Below are positions 37,490 to 47,196 of a stretch of 59,947 nucleotides of DNA, piece by piece. The notes beneath the pieces were generated by a model. It did not search any database. It was given only the letters and a program-made list of their open reading frames with translations, and was not told where the DNA came from. Every line of letters begins with the position of its first letter. The first letter of the stretch is position 1. Source of the stretch: Bacilli bacterium. GTDB taxonomy: Bacteria > Bacillota_I > Bacilli_A > RF39 > UBA660. The stretch covers positions 1-59,947 of the forward strand of contig JAQUVS010000004.1 of NCBI GenBank assembly GCA_028693275.1. Direction: 5' to 3'. A program made the translations under genes and the position numbers.

Positions 37490-38431
37490 ATGAATTTTGA
37501 TGGATTTAATTTTTTGGTAACTTTAATATTTACTTTGTTACCTGTTTGTATTTTAAAATGGAAAGATTTAATTACTAGTGATAAGAAAATGAATATTTTA
37601 GTAACATTATCGGTAATGTTTATTTCTTCTTTATGTAGTTATTATTTTATAGGATATTCAAAAAATTCAATATCATTGTTTACTATAGGAGCTACATCAT
37701 TATTTGGAAGTATTATTAATTATTATATTTTAAGTGAAAAAATATTAGTAAAAAAATTACCTTTTTCTTTAGGTTTAATTTTATTATTTATATTATCTGA
37801 TTTGTTTCAATTAATACCTATTTCTTTATTTGATATAGATATCAAAAAGATGTCTCATAATATGGAATTATACTTAACTATATTTAATAATTTTATTTTG
37901 ATGTTAATATTACTATTTATATTTAGAAAAAGAATTATTAGTGATTTTAAAGATTTTAAAGATAGTTTCAATAAAAATATAGAAATTGGATTTAAGTACT
38001 GGTTTATTGGTATGGCTTTGATGGTTGGCTCTAATTTAATTATTATGCTTTTAACTCCAAGTAAAGTTTCTAATAATGAAGAAGCTGTTAGAAGTTTAAT
38101 AGAAGCTAGCCCTTATTTATCTTTAATTCTGACTGCTATTTTTGCTCCTATTTTAGAAGAATTAGTATTTAGAGTTGGATTAAAAGAAAGTTTTAAATCT
38201 AAATATTTATTTTGTATTGCATCTGGTTTAATTTTTGGATTATTACATGTAGTATTTAGTTATACTACTTTAACTGATTTCTTATATGTTGTACCTTATG
38301 GTAGTTTAGGATTTGTTTTTGCAATGATGCTTTATGATACTAAAAATATTTATACTTCAATGGCTATGCATATGGCTCATAATTCATTTTTTACTATTGT
38401 TCAAATACTTTCTTTAACGGTGGTGTTTTAG
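37490..38431 (+). CDS. CPBP (CAAX/Abi) intramembrane glutamic endopeptidase
   Basis: APILEELVFR, SGLIFGLLH, AMHMAHN motifs; many TMs. Confidence 0.9.
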   Translation: MNFDGFNFLVTLIFTLLPVCILKWKDLITSDKKMNILVTLSVMFISSLCSYYFIGYSKNSISLFTIGATSLFGSIINYYILSEKILVKKLPFSLGLILLFILSDLFQLIPISLFDIDIKKMSHNMELYLTIFNNFILMLILLFIFRKRIISDFKDFKDSFNKNIEIGFKYWFIGMALMVGSNLIIMLLTPSKVSNNEEAVRSLIEASPYLSLILTAIFAPILEELVFRVGLKESFKSKYLFCIASGLIFGLLHVVFSYTTLTDFLYVVPYGSLGFVFAMMLYDTKNIYTSMAMHMAHNSFFTIVQILSLTVVF

Positions 38432-39355
38432 ATGAATAGAAGTCAAAAAAATCAAGATTTACATGAAGAATTAATTTATCAAGAAGAAAATGAAAAAAGA
38501 AAAAAAAGAAATAAGAAAATATTTATCGTTTTAACTATATTAGTTTTACTATTCACCTCTTTATATTTATATATGAGATATATTTCTACTAGTGGATTGA
38601 TAGTAAAAGAATACAAAGTAACTAATAAAAATTTACCTATTGAATTTCATGGTATTAAAGTTATTCAGTTTTCTGATTTACATTATGGAACTACTATTAA
38701 TAAAGATGAAGTTAATCATTTAGTTAAAGAAATAAATAGTTATAAACCTGATATAGTTGTTTTTACTGGAGATTTAATAGATAGTAGTTATTCAACTACT
38801 ACTTTAGATATTAAGTTTTTAACTACTGCTCTTGGTAATATTAAAACTACTATTGGAAAATATAGTGTTAGAGGGAATCATGATTATAATAATGATAATT
38901 ATATTTCTATTTTACAAGGAGCTAGTTTTACTCTATTAGATAATTCTTATGACTTAATATATTATAATGGTTTAGATCCAATTTTAATTACTGGTATTGG
39001 AAGTAAAATACAAAATGATACTGATATAAATAAAGCGTTCTCTTATTCATTATTAGAAAATGCTAATACTAATATATATACAATTGTTTTATTACATGAG
39101 CCCGATTTAATAGATAATGTTTTAAAGGACTATAGAGTTGATTTAGCTTTAAGTGGGCACTCTCATAATGGACAAGTTAGATTACCTTTTATTGGTAGTA
39201 TATTTAAGATTGAAGGGTCTAAGAAGTATTATGATGAAGAATATCAAATTAAAAATACTAAATTATTTATTTCTGGTGGTTTAGGTACTAGTATGTATAA
39301 TATAAGATTTTTTAATAGACCTAGTTTTAATTTATATAGATTAACAAATAGATAG
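38432..39355 (+). CDS. Membrane-anchored metallophosphoesterase (YkuE-like)
   Basis: TM then SDLH, TGDL, GNHD, LHEPD, SGHSHNGQ calcineurin-like motifs. Confidence 0.9.
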   Translation: MNRSQKNQDLHEELIYQEENEKRKKRNKKIFIVLTILVLLFTSLYLYMRYISTSGLIVKEYKVTNKNLPIEFHGIKVIQFSDLHYGTTINKDEVNHLVKEINSYKPDIVVFTGDLIDSSYSTTTLDIKFLTTALGNIKTTIGKYSVRGNHDYNNDNYISILQGASFTLLDNSYDLIYYNGLDPILITGIGSKIQNDTDINKAFSYSLLENANTNIYTIVLLHEPDLIDNVLKDYRVDLALSGHSHNGQVRLPFIGSIFKIEGSKKYYDEEYQIKNTKLFISGGLGTSMYNIRFFNRPSFNLYRLTNR

Positions 39356-39372
39356 AAATATCTATTTTTTTT
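39346..39372 (+). terminator. Terminator between convergent genes
   Basis: AAATAGATA-gaaa-TATCTATTT followed by T run. Confidence 0.75.
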
Positions 39373-39394
39373 ACAAAAAAATAGTGCATATACA

Positions 39395-40018
39395 CTATTC
39401 GTTATTAGCTATTACTTTTATTTTGGCAATTACTTGTTGATTATAGATATTAATATCTGTAGGATTTTCTTTAACCCAAACTCTTAAACGAAAATCTTTC
39501 TTATAACCATTTAATCCTATTGGAACTTCTCCATTATAAATTAATCTTTGATTATTGTTTTTCATATCTAAAAGTTTTAATTGAGAGTAAGTTCTAACTT
39601 CATTATTTATTAAAGTAAGTTTTGTATCTACTTCTAGAGTATCATCCGTTTTTTCAGTTAAATATACTTTTAGATCTTTAATATCTTCTAATAAAATATT
39701 ATTTTGGTCATAAAATGAAATTACTATTGAATAATTAATTGGCAAATTACCTGTTGCACTTCCACCTACTGAAAAATCAACATAATTATAATTAATACTT
39801 CTACCTTCAAAATCATTTAGTGGATTCAAGTTAGAAACCAATAAACCATTTTCTATTGTAGAATTTTCTAAAGATAAAGAAACATTTCCTATTTTTTCTT
39901 GTTGTTCACTATTAGTATTTGTTGCTAAATTAAAAAATGCATAACTACTACCCATTGACAATAATACTAAAGCAAAAATAACAAAGGCTGATGCTACTGT
40001 GTTCTTTTTCATATTCAT
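39395..40018 (-). CDS. Secreted TasA/camelysin-like protein with SipW-class signal peptide
   Basis: MKKN + hydrophobic helix + GSSYA|FF; downstream GNVSLSL and C-terminal FRLRVWV..Q..AKIKV pattern. Confidence 0.6.
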   Translation of the reverse strand: MNMKKNTVASAFVIFALVLLSMGSSYAFFNLATNTNSEQQEKIGNVSLSLENSTIENGLLVSNLNPLNDFEGRSINYNYVDFSVGGSATGNLPINYSIVISFYDQNNILLEDIKDLKVYLTEKTDDTLEVDTKLTLINNEVRTYSQLKLLDMKNNNQRLIYNGEVPIGLNGYKKDFRLRVWVKENPTDINIYNQQVIAKIKVIANNE

Positions 40019-40047
40019 ATAAAATCACACTCCTATTTTATAAGTTA

Positions 40048-40076
40048 ATTTTACAATTTATATGTCTATTTGTCAA
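40048..40076 (-). promoter_or_regulatory. Near-consensus sigmaA promoter of TasA-like gene
   Basis: TTGACA (40071-40076), 17 nt, TG-TAAAAT (40048-40053). Confidence 0.75.
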
Positions 40077-40085
40077 ATGAATTGA

Positions 40086-40397
40086 TTATTTCTTTTTCTT
40101 TAACAAAGACTTTATATTAAAATATAAAAAGATAGTCATAATTCCTACATATAACCATAATAGAATTGTTGTTAGTACACTAGATGTATATTTATCAATT
40201 ATATTAGGAATTGATTCTGGCAAGTATTTAGAAATTAAACTTTGTATTTCTTCTACTTTTAAATTTATTTTTATGAAAGTCATTATTCTTAAAAATATAT
40301 CAATTATAGCAATTGAATATATAAAACTATTTGTTCTTTTACTAAGAAAATATCCTAATAAAAGTAATACTAATATAATAATTAAATCTATATACAT
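40086..40397 (-). CDS. Small hypothetical membrane protein
   Basis: 103 aa, three hydrophobic segments, AGGAG RBS. Confidence 0.75.
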   Translation of the reverse strand: MYIDLIIILVLLLLGYFLSKRTNSFIYSIAIIDIFLRIMTFIKINLKVEEIQSLISKYLPESIPNIIDKYTSSVLTTILLWLYVGIMTIFLYFNIKSLLKKKK

Positions 40398-40409
40398 ATA
40401 TTTTCTCCT

Positions 40410-40934
40410 TTATTTAAAGTATGGATTATATTTTTTTTCATAACCTAATACTGTTTCTGGACCATGTCCTGGATAAAGAATAATATCATTATCCCTTTTT
40501 TTTATTTCTTCAATTGATTTTACCATATCTAGTTCACTACCTGTTGGTAAGTCCCATCTTCCTATTGTTCTTTGGAAAATAAAATCTCCTACGAACATGG
40601 AATTTATTTCTTCAAAAAAGAAAGATATAGAATCACTAGTATGTCCTTTGTTATAAGTAACATCAAAAGTAAAATTTCCAACTGTATTAATTCCTTCTTT
40701 TAAGTTATCCATGTTATAACTTTTAACTTTATATATTTCTAATAATTCATTTAAAGCCCCTACATGATCAAAATGATTATGAGTTATTAAGATTCCATCT
40801 AATATATAATTTTTTAATGATTCTTTTATTTTAAAATATTCTGCTCCTGGATCTATTACAAGTGCATGATTATTTTTTTCTAAAATATAACAATTTTCTT
40901 CTAATTCTCCTACAACTACTCTACTTATCTTCAT
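40410..40934 (-). CDS. MBL-fold hydrolase (glyoxalase II-like); start revised to 40934
   Basis: ENCY, IDPG, THNHFDHVGA, GHT, GDFIF..TIGRWDLP, PGHGPET. Confidence 0.92.
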   Translation of the reverse strand: MKISRVVVGELEENCYILEKNNHALVIDPGAEYFKIKESLKNYILDGILITHNHFDHVGALNELLEIYKVKSYNMDNLKEGINTVGNFTFDVTYNKGHTSDSISFFFEEINSMFVGDFIFQRTIGRWDLPTGSELDMVKSIEEIKKRDNDIILYPGHGPETVLGYEKKYNPYFK

Positions 40935-41553
40935 CTTGTTGTTTCCTTTCTGTAATTGAAAAAATACACCCACAATAGTCTTGTCTATAAAGTCCATAGT
41001 CTTTTGATAATTCTATACTTCTTTTGTATCCTTCTTTTTTCTTGAAATCAGAATATAAATAATTTACTTTATACTTTTCTTCTAATTCTTTTCCTATTTG
41101 GTTTATGATTTGACTATCTTTATGAGGACTAATAGATAATGTTGTCGTAAAATAATCAAAACCTTTATCTTTAGCTACAGTAGCCGCTTCTTCAAGTCTT
41201 AATTTATAACACTTGTGACATCTTATGTCACCTTCTTTTAGATTTTCTAAACCTTTTGTTATTTCAAAAAATGGTAAAGAATTATAATCATATGACAACA
41301 TTTCTACTTTGTTTTTTACTACTAATTTATCTATTAATTCTTGTTGTTCTTTTCTTCTTCTATCATATTCTCTTTTAGGATATATATTTGGATTGTAATA
41401 TAAAATAGTAATTTTAAAATAGTTAGATAAATACTCTAATACATAACTTGAACAAGGCGCACAGCAACTATGAAGTAAAAGTGTTGGGATTTCGCTTTTT
41501 ATTTCTATTTCACTTATTATTTTATCAAGTTCTAATTGATAATTTACTTTCAT
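40921..41553 (-). CDS. queH: Epoxyqueuosine reductase QueH (DUF208)
   Basis: LLHSCCAPCS, YYNPNIYP, RCHKCY..RL, TTLSISPHK, YRQDYCGC. Confidence 0.94.
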   Translation of the reverse strand: MKVNYQLELDKIISEIEIKSEIPTLLLHSCCAPCSSYVLEYLSNYFKITILYYNPNIYPKREYDRRRKEQQELIDKLVVKNKVEMLSYDYNSLPFFEITKGLENLKEGDIRCHKCYKLRLEEAATVAKDKGFDYFTTTLSISPHKDSQIINQIGKELEEKYKVNYLYSDFKKKEGYKRSIELSKDYGLYRQDYCGCIFSITERKQQDEDK

Positions 41554-42482
41554 TTTTGACTTCCTACAAATAAGTTATTTAAATCTTTATCTGGTAACAT
41601 CATTTTTAACCCTGGTACAACCTTTATTTCATAAGATAAATTTGTTGTCGGTAGTTCTTCTCCATCTATACACCAAGCTTTTCTTAGATCTTCTTTAAAT
41701 ACTACTTTTAAGTGATTAGTTTTATGAAAATAAAATCCCGGTACTTTAGTTATATCATTGGTTTTAAGATAAAATAAACTTCTTACTATATCTTTTTTTG
41801 TGTTTAAATTACAAAATAAAACTTCAAAACAATTGTCATCTAATTTAACATCTTTATAAAAATTGTTAATTCCAGCTATTCTATTTGCATTGCTAACTAT
41901 GGCAAAAGAATATAGTCCTTGATACTTCTCACCATTTACTTCATAAGTTAAATCATATAAATGTGTTTTATTAGTAAAGAAATCTTTTAAACCTTCAAAA
42001 AGGTATGCAAGATAACCATATCTTTTTTTTAATTTTCTTGGGGTCTCATATGGTACATTCATAAATCTACCGAAACCTGCTACATATACAAATGGTTCCT
42101 CATTAACTGTACAAATATCTATTTCTTTTTCTTTACCTGATAAAATCAACTTTAAATTTTTACTTATGTTTTTACTTAATCCAAACATTGTTCCAATATC
42201 GTTAGTTGTACCCAATGGTAAGTGTGATAAAACTAGTCTTTCTTTTCTTTGTAGATTTCCACTTACTACTTCATTAAAAGTTCCATCTCCACCGACTGAT
42301 ATAACTAAATCATAGTATGGTAGATCTTCTATAATTTCTTTAGCATGATTTTTATATTTAGTCTTATAAAAGTCTATATTGTAGTCATATTCTCCAATTA
42401 TTTTTTTATACTTTTCTAATTCGAATTTTTGTTTTTTTCTTTTACCACTATTCGGATTATAAATTATTGCTAATTTTTTCAT
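41550..42482 (-). CDS. Diacylglycerol/lipid kinase family (DagK/YegS)
   Basis: YNPNSG, GGDGTFNEV, PLGTTND, DGE. Confidence 0.92.
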   Translation of the reverse strand: MKKLAIIYNPNSGKRKKQKFELEKYKKIIGEYDYNIDFYKTKYKNHAKEIIEDLPYYDLVISVGGDGTFNEVVSGNLQRKERLVLSHLPLGTTNDIGTMFGLSKNISKNLKLILSGKEKEIDICTVNEEPFVYVAGFGRFMNVPYETPRKLKKRYGYLAYLFEGLKDFFTNKTHLYDLTYEVNGEKYQGLYSFAIVSNANRIAGINNFYKDVKLDDNCFEVLFCNLNTKKDIVRSLFYLKTNDITKVPGFYFHKTNHLKVVFKEDLRKAWCIDGEELPTTNLSYEIKVVPGLKMMLPDKDLNNLFVGSQK

Positions 42483-42486
42483 TTGA

Positions 42487-44487
42487 TCATCTCCTATTTA
42501 TTGTAGATAATAATTCTTTTTTTTCTACTAAATTACCATCAAAAGCTTCTACTATTAAAGAAATTTTTTCAATATTTACTTCACTTTCTTTATCTATAAA
42601 TAATTTTCTTACTTTGTTAAACAAGTCATTATATTCCTCTTTATTTTCTCTTTTCAAAGTATTAATTGAATTTCTTAATTGTCTTTTTAAATAATTTTTT
42701 ATTAATTCATCTAAAAATTTATTATTATATTTTTTTAAAACTAATGAGTTAATATCGCCAAAAATTTCGTTTTTATTTAAATTAACTCTATTGTTGACTA
42801 ATTGTTCTAAGAATGACTCTTGATCATAGATTATTCCAAAGTTAATAAGGTTATTTTCTCCAAAATTTTGTATGATGCTACCTAATGGATTTCTGTCTCC
42901 AAAAACATCATATTCTAAATCTAACATTTTGTTTTTAAACGTTTTTAATAATTGAGGATTTTCCTTAATAAAACGATCAAATAATGTATCTATTTTAATT
43001 TTATTTCCGTTAATATTTCTATTATTTTGATTTTCTCTTAATAGTGTTTTGTTTTCTTGTTCTAATTTTTTTATATATTTTTCTTCGTGTTCTTTTGCAT
43101 AATTCTTATCTATCATTCCTAGAAGGTTTAGTGTATATATTATTTGGTATCTATCAGCATCTTTTTCAAAAGATATATTTTTATAGTTGTTTGTATAATA
43201 ATCTTTATACTTTTCATCATCACTAGTCATTATAATAAAATCTTTTATCATTTGATAATGATTATAATCTAGTTTATCCTTTTCAATATTGTCTTTTTGC
43301 ATTACATGGATAGTTTCGTGAAATAAAACCGAAAAGATTTCAGGATCTTTTGTTTTAATAAAATCCTTTAATTCTTTATCCCTTATTTTTATTAATCTTT
43401 TTTTGCTATTTGATGTCCCTTGCCTATTTCTCATTGCTGTTTCCGGTAAAAAAGAAATTGTATATTCTGAATTTCCTGTTTTTTCTAATAATTCAGAAAA
43501 TATACTACTTAAACATGATTTAATACAAGTTTCGTTTGGTTTAATTTTATCATTTATAAATTTATTTAAAATAAACAGAGCAATTCCAGATGGAATATTC
43601 GTATTCATATAATAATTATTTTCAACTAATTTTAATAATTTGTCATAATCTGAAAAACCATATTTATTAATTTCTGTCTTATAGTTTGAAACATCTGTTA
43701 CTAAATTTGGAATGTTTAATTTATCTAGAAGTCTTTGATAAATATTTTTGTGTGTTGGAGCATAGCAGTAATTACTTTTCATATATCTAGAAAATTCTAG
43801 AATAAAGTTAATTTCTAATGGACTCTTATTTTCCTTTATTATTCTATTTATATATTCATCTATAAAATAATAATTTAAGTCTTGAGTTGCAGCGTTTTCA
43901 TCATTTTCCATAATATTTGGGATAGTACAAAAAACTCTATCTTTATAGATTTCTATACTTGATACTGATGATTCCAAATGCTTCTTTTCAATTGTTTTCA
44001 TAAAATCTTGGTATTTTAGCATAGATATCTTTGGTATTCTATTAACTCTATCGTTCCCTATCATTGATAAAAATCGATCTATTTTTAATATTTCTTGTTC
44101 TTCCAACTCATCAAATGTTTTCGAATTTATTATTTCAATATTTTCTTTTATGAAACTATTTATATTTAAACTTTTAATTTTATTAATAATATTTGAAGGA
44201 TAGTTTTTTTCTTTTATATTAATTATTTTTTCTACTATAGATAGGTTTCCTTCTAAATAAGGTATTTCTAAAATTATTGGGAAGATGTGTTCTATATATG
44301 ATGCTAAGGTCTTAAAGTCTTCATTATCTAAGTCTTCTGAATTTTTTTCTATTAGTGATTCTATATAAAAGTTAATGTCATTTGTAAAGGTTATCTTTTC
44401 TTTTGTGCTTAAAAATGATAATATTTCTGATATTTTTTCTATTTTGCTACTTAGTAGTAGATTTTGCCTATTATCTTGTTTTAACAT
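42487..44487 (-). CDS. Large orphan protein with HExxH zincin motif
   Basis: FHETIHVMQ followed by NY..ISFEKDA; helical regions on both sides; 666 aa. Confidence 0.7.
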   Translation of the reverse strand: MLKQDNRQNLLLSSKIEKISEILSFLSTKEKITFTNDINFYIESLIEKNSEDLDNEDFKTLASYIEHIFPIILEIPYLEGNLSIVEKIINIKEKNYPSNIINKIKSLNINSFIKENIEIINSKTFDELEEQEILKIDRFLSMIGNDRVNRIPKISMLKYQDFMKTIEKKHLESSVSSIEIYKDRVFCTIPNIMENDENAATQDLNYYFIDEYINRIIKENKSPLEINFILEFSRYMKSNYCYAPTHKNIYQRLLDKLNIPNLVTDVSNYKTEINKYGFSDYDKLLKLVENNYYMNTNIPSGIALFILNKFINDKIKPNETCIKSCLSSIFSELLEKTGNSEYTISFLPETAMRNRQGTSNSKKRLIKIRDKELKDFIKTKDPEIFSVLFHETIHVMQKDNIEKDKLDYNHYQMIKDFIIMTSDDEKYKDYYTNNYKNISFEKDADRYQIIYTLNLLGMIDKNYAKEHEEKYIKKLEQENKTLLRENQNNRNINGNKIKIDTLFDRFIKENPQLLKTFKNKMLDLEYDVFGDRNPLGSIIQNFGENNLINFGIIYDQESFLEQLVNNRVNLNKNEIFGDINSLVLKKYNNKFLDELIKNYLKRQLRNSINTLKRENKEEYNDLFNKVRKLFIDKESEVNIEKISLIVEAFDGNLVEKKELLSTINRR

Positions 44488-44671
44488 TTTCTTTTTTTCC
44501 CTTACTATTTAGTTCTTCAAGTTCTTTTTCATATTCTGTTTGTGAAATCAAATCATCATTCAATAGAATATTTAAGTCTATCATTTTTTTTATATATTCA
44601 CTACTTAAAGTTATTGAATATATTTTTGATATTTCTATATCATTAAATATATCATCAAATTCTTCTTCCAT
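44471..44671 (-). CDS. Small SHOCT-like protein
   Basis: IKKMIDLNILLNDDLISQTEYEKELEEL resembles the SHOCT pattern L..L..L...G.I...EY....L; GAGGTG RBS; overlaps the next gene by 17 nt. Confidence 0.55.
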   Translation of the reverse strand: MEEEFDDIFNDIEISKIYSITLSSEYIKKMIDLNILLNDDLISQTEYEKELEELNSKGKKENVKTR

Positions 44672-44731
44672 ATAGATTCACCTCTTTTTACATTATATCA
44701 TTTTATCCTTTAAATATAAATAAGGCAAAAG

Positions 44732-44758
44732 AAAAAACTAATTATAAAAATTAGTTTT
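44732..44758 (-). terminator. Terminator after ABC transporter
   Basis: AAAACTAATT-ataaa-AATTAGTTTT inverted repeat. Confidence 0.6.
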
Positions 44759-44763
44759 ATTTT

Positions 44764-47076
44764 TTATTCTGTTCTTAATGCTTCTACTGGATCTTTTTTA
44801 CTAGCTATTTTTGCTGGTATGTACCCTCCAATAGTTGTTAGAATAACACTTATTATTACTAAAACTATTGCATGAATTGGATTTAGTTGAGCTACATTAT
44901 TTAGTTCAGTTAAATTTTTAATTATAACGTTTGCAGGAATTGTTAATAACCAAGCTATAAATATACCTAGTATTCCTGATAATGTACCTACAATAAATGT
45001 TTCTGCATTAAATACTCTTCTTATATCTTTTTTTCTAGCTCCTAGTGCTCTTAATACCCCTATTTCTTTTGTTCTTTCAAGTACAGAAATATAAGTTATA
45101 ATACCAATCATTATTGATGAAACTACTAGTGATATAGCTGAAAATGCTATTAAGACTATTGTTATTGCATCCATAATCGAACCAGAAAGAGAAGTTATTA
45201 TTTCTGCTTGATCTGTATAAAGGATCTTATCTGCTACTTTTTTATCTTTATTATAATTATCAAGATATTCTAATATTTCTTCTTTATCAGAAAAATTAGT
45301 TGGATAAATATATAAATAACTTGGTACAGTTGATGCACCTAAATAAGATAACATAGTTTCTTTTGTTGTTTTACCTAATTCGCTTGTTATATCTATTGCT
45401 TCACCAGTTAAAACATTATAGCTATTATTTTTTTGAGAAATTACTACTTTAGAATTTTCATTATTTGTTATTAAATAATCTACTAAATCTTCTGTATATG
45501 ATAATCCCATATTATTGGCAACTAACATTTTTTTATCTTCTTTTCCTCTTATTATTGCTGTTATTTTAAGTGTTAATGTTTTACTTGAATTATACATTTT
45601 ATCTAGGTTTGAACCTACAGTAAAGTAATTACCATTTTCAGTATAATAATCATCATTCATTACTAATTTTATTTCTTTATTCATCAATTCTTTAAAACTA
45701 ATATCTTTACTAGCATCAAATCCTAGTGCTTCTAATAATTCTTTTGGAATTCTATTCTTACTATCTACTACTAATACAAGATCTTCTTTTTTAGTAGGAA
45801 GTTTTCCATAAATAACATCAAAAAAACTATCTACAAAAGCTTTTTCTCCTCCAGTACTACTTGTTGGAATAGAAAATAACATTTCAGTTAAATCTTTTGT
45901 TTCTATTTTATTGTTATTTTTTACTAATGTATTTAAATGAATATCTCTACCATAAGTTATACCTGTTGTTAATTTTGAATCCATTTTCTTTACATAATTA
46001 ATGTAATCATCTGTTATTTTATTAATATGAATTGCCATTGCTTGTGTACTATCAAAACTATAAACTTCTTTTTCATTAGAGTAATCTTTTAATTCTTTTG
46101 TATCAATATTTTCTCTTATTTCTTTAATAGTATCTTCATCTAATTGCATTGCCTGTTTTTGAACAGCAAGTGGTAATGTAGATAAAGTATTTTCTTCAAA
46201 TTTATCTATTTGAATTTGAAAACCATTTGATAATGATAAAACTAAAGCAATTCCTATTATTCCAATACTTGATGCAAATGATGTAATTAATGTTCTACCT
46301 TTTTTTGTTCTAATATTATTAAAAGATAATTTTAAAGCTGTTAGAAAACTCATTGCTGTTTTCTTTATCTTAAATATATCTTTTGTTGTTTCTTCTTCTT
46401 TTATTGGATTAGAATCTTTTATCAATTCTCCATCTCTGAATTCAACTACTCTTGAAGAATATTCTTTAGCTAAATCAGCGTTATGTGTTACCATTATAAC
46501 TAATTTATCTTTAGCTATTTCTTTAATTAATTCCATTATTTGTAATGATGTAGTTGAATCTAATGCACCTGTAGGTTCATCAGCTAAAATTATATCCGGA
46601 TCATTTGCTAAAGCCCTTGCTATAGCTACCCTTTGCATTTGACCACCAGATAATTGATTTGGCTTTTTATGAGCGTGTTCTTTTAGTCCTACTTTATCTA
46701 ATAGTTCTAAAGCTTTTTGTTTTCTTTTCTTTTGTCCTACTCCACTTAAAACCATTCCTAATTCTACATTATCTAATACACTTATATGTGGTATTAAATT
46801 ATAGCTTTGGAAAATAAATCCTATACAATTATTTCTATAATAATCCCAATCTTTATCTTTAAATTTCTTTGTTGATTTATTATTTATAATTAAGTCCCCA
46901 TCATCATATCTATCTAAACCACCTATTATATTTAACAATGTAGTTTTACCAGAACCACTTGGTCCTAAGATGCTTACAAATTCATTTTTTCTAAATTCCA
47001 ATGTTAAATCCTTTAAGGCAACTTGGGTGAATGTTCCTGTTGTATAACTTTTATTTATTTTTTCTATTCTTAACAT
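44764..47076 (-). CDS. Fused ABC ATPase-permease (MacB/FtsX type); start revised to 47076
   Basis: GPSGSGKT, LSGGQMQR, ADEPTGALD, VTHN; TM + large loop + 3 TM; SVLERTKEIGVLRALGA, DPVEALR. Confidence 0.93.
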   Translation of the reverse strand: MLRIEKINKSYTTGTFTQVALKDLTLEFRKNEFVSILGPSGSGKTTLLNIIGGLDRYDDGDLIINNKSTKKFKDKDWDYYRNNCIGFIFQSYNLIPHISVLDNVELGMVLSGVGQKKRKQKALELLDKVGLKEHAHKKPNQLSGGQMQRVAIARALANDPDIILADEPTGALDSTTSLQIMELIKEIAKDKLVIMVTHNADLAKEYSSRVVEFRDGELIKDSNPIKEEETTKDIFKIKKTAMSFLTALKLSFNNIRTKKGRTLITSFASSIGIIGIALVLSLSNGFQIQIDKFEENTLSTLPLAVQKQAMQLDEDTIKEIRENIDTKELKDYSNEKEVYSFDSTQAMAIHINKITDDYINYVKKMDSKLTTGITYGRDIHLNTLVKNNNKIETKDLTEMLFSIPTSSTGGEKAFVDSFFDVIYGKLPTKKEDLVLVVDSKNRIPKELLEALGFDASKDISFKELMNKEIKLVMNDDYYTENGNYFTVGSNLDKMYNSSKTLTLKITAIIRGKEDKKMLVANNMGLSYTEDLVDYLITNNENSKVVISQKNNSYNVLTGEAIDITSELGKTTKETMLSYLGASTVPSYLYIYPTNFSDKEEILEYLDNYNKDKKVADKILYTDQAEIITSLSGSIMDAITIVLIAFSAISLVVSSIMIGIITYISVLERTKEIGVLRALGARKKDIRRVFNAETFIVGTLSGILGIFIAWLLTIPANVIIKNLTELNNVAQLNPIHAIVLVIISVILTTIGGYIPAKIASKKDPVEALRTE

Positions 47077-47167
47077 ACTCTCTCCTTTATGTTTATTATG
47101 TGTATATTTACTTACTTTACTTAAACACATTAAAAATAATTATACTCTTTCTTCAATTTATTACAAT

Positions 47168-47196
47168 AAAAAAGATTAAATATTAATCTTTTTTTT
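47168..47196 (-). terminator. Terminator overlapping stop of ORF 47183-48064
   Basis: AAAAGATTAA-ata-TTAATCTTTT. Confidence 0.65.
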
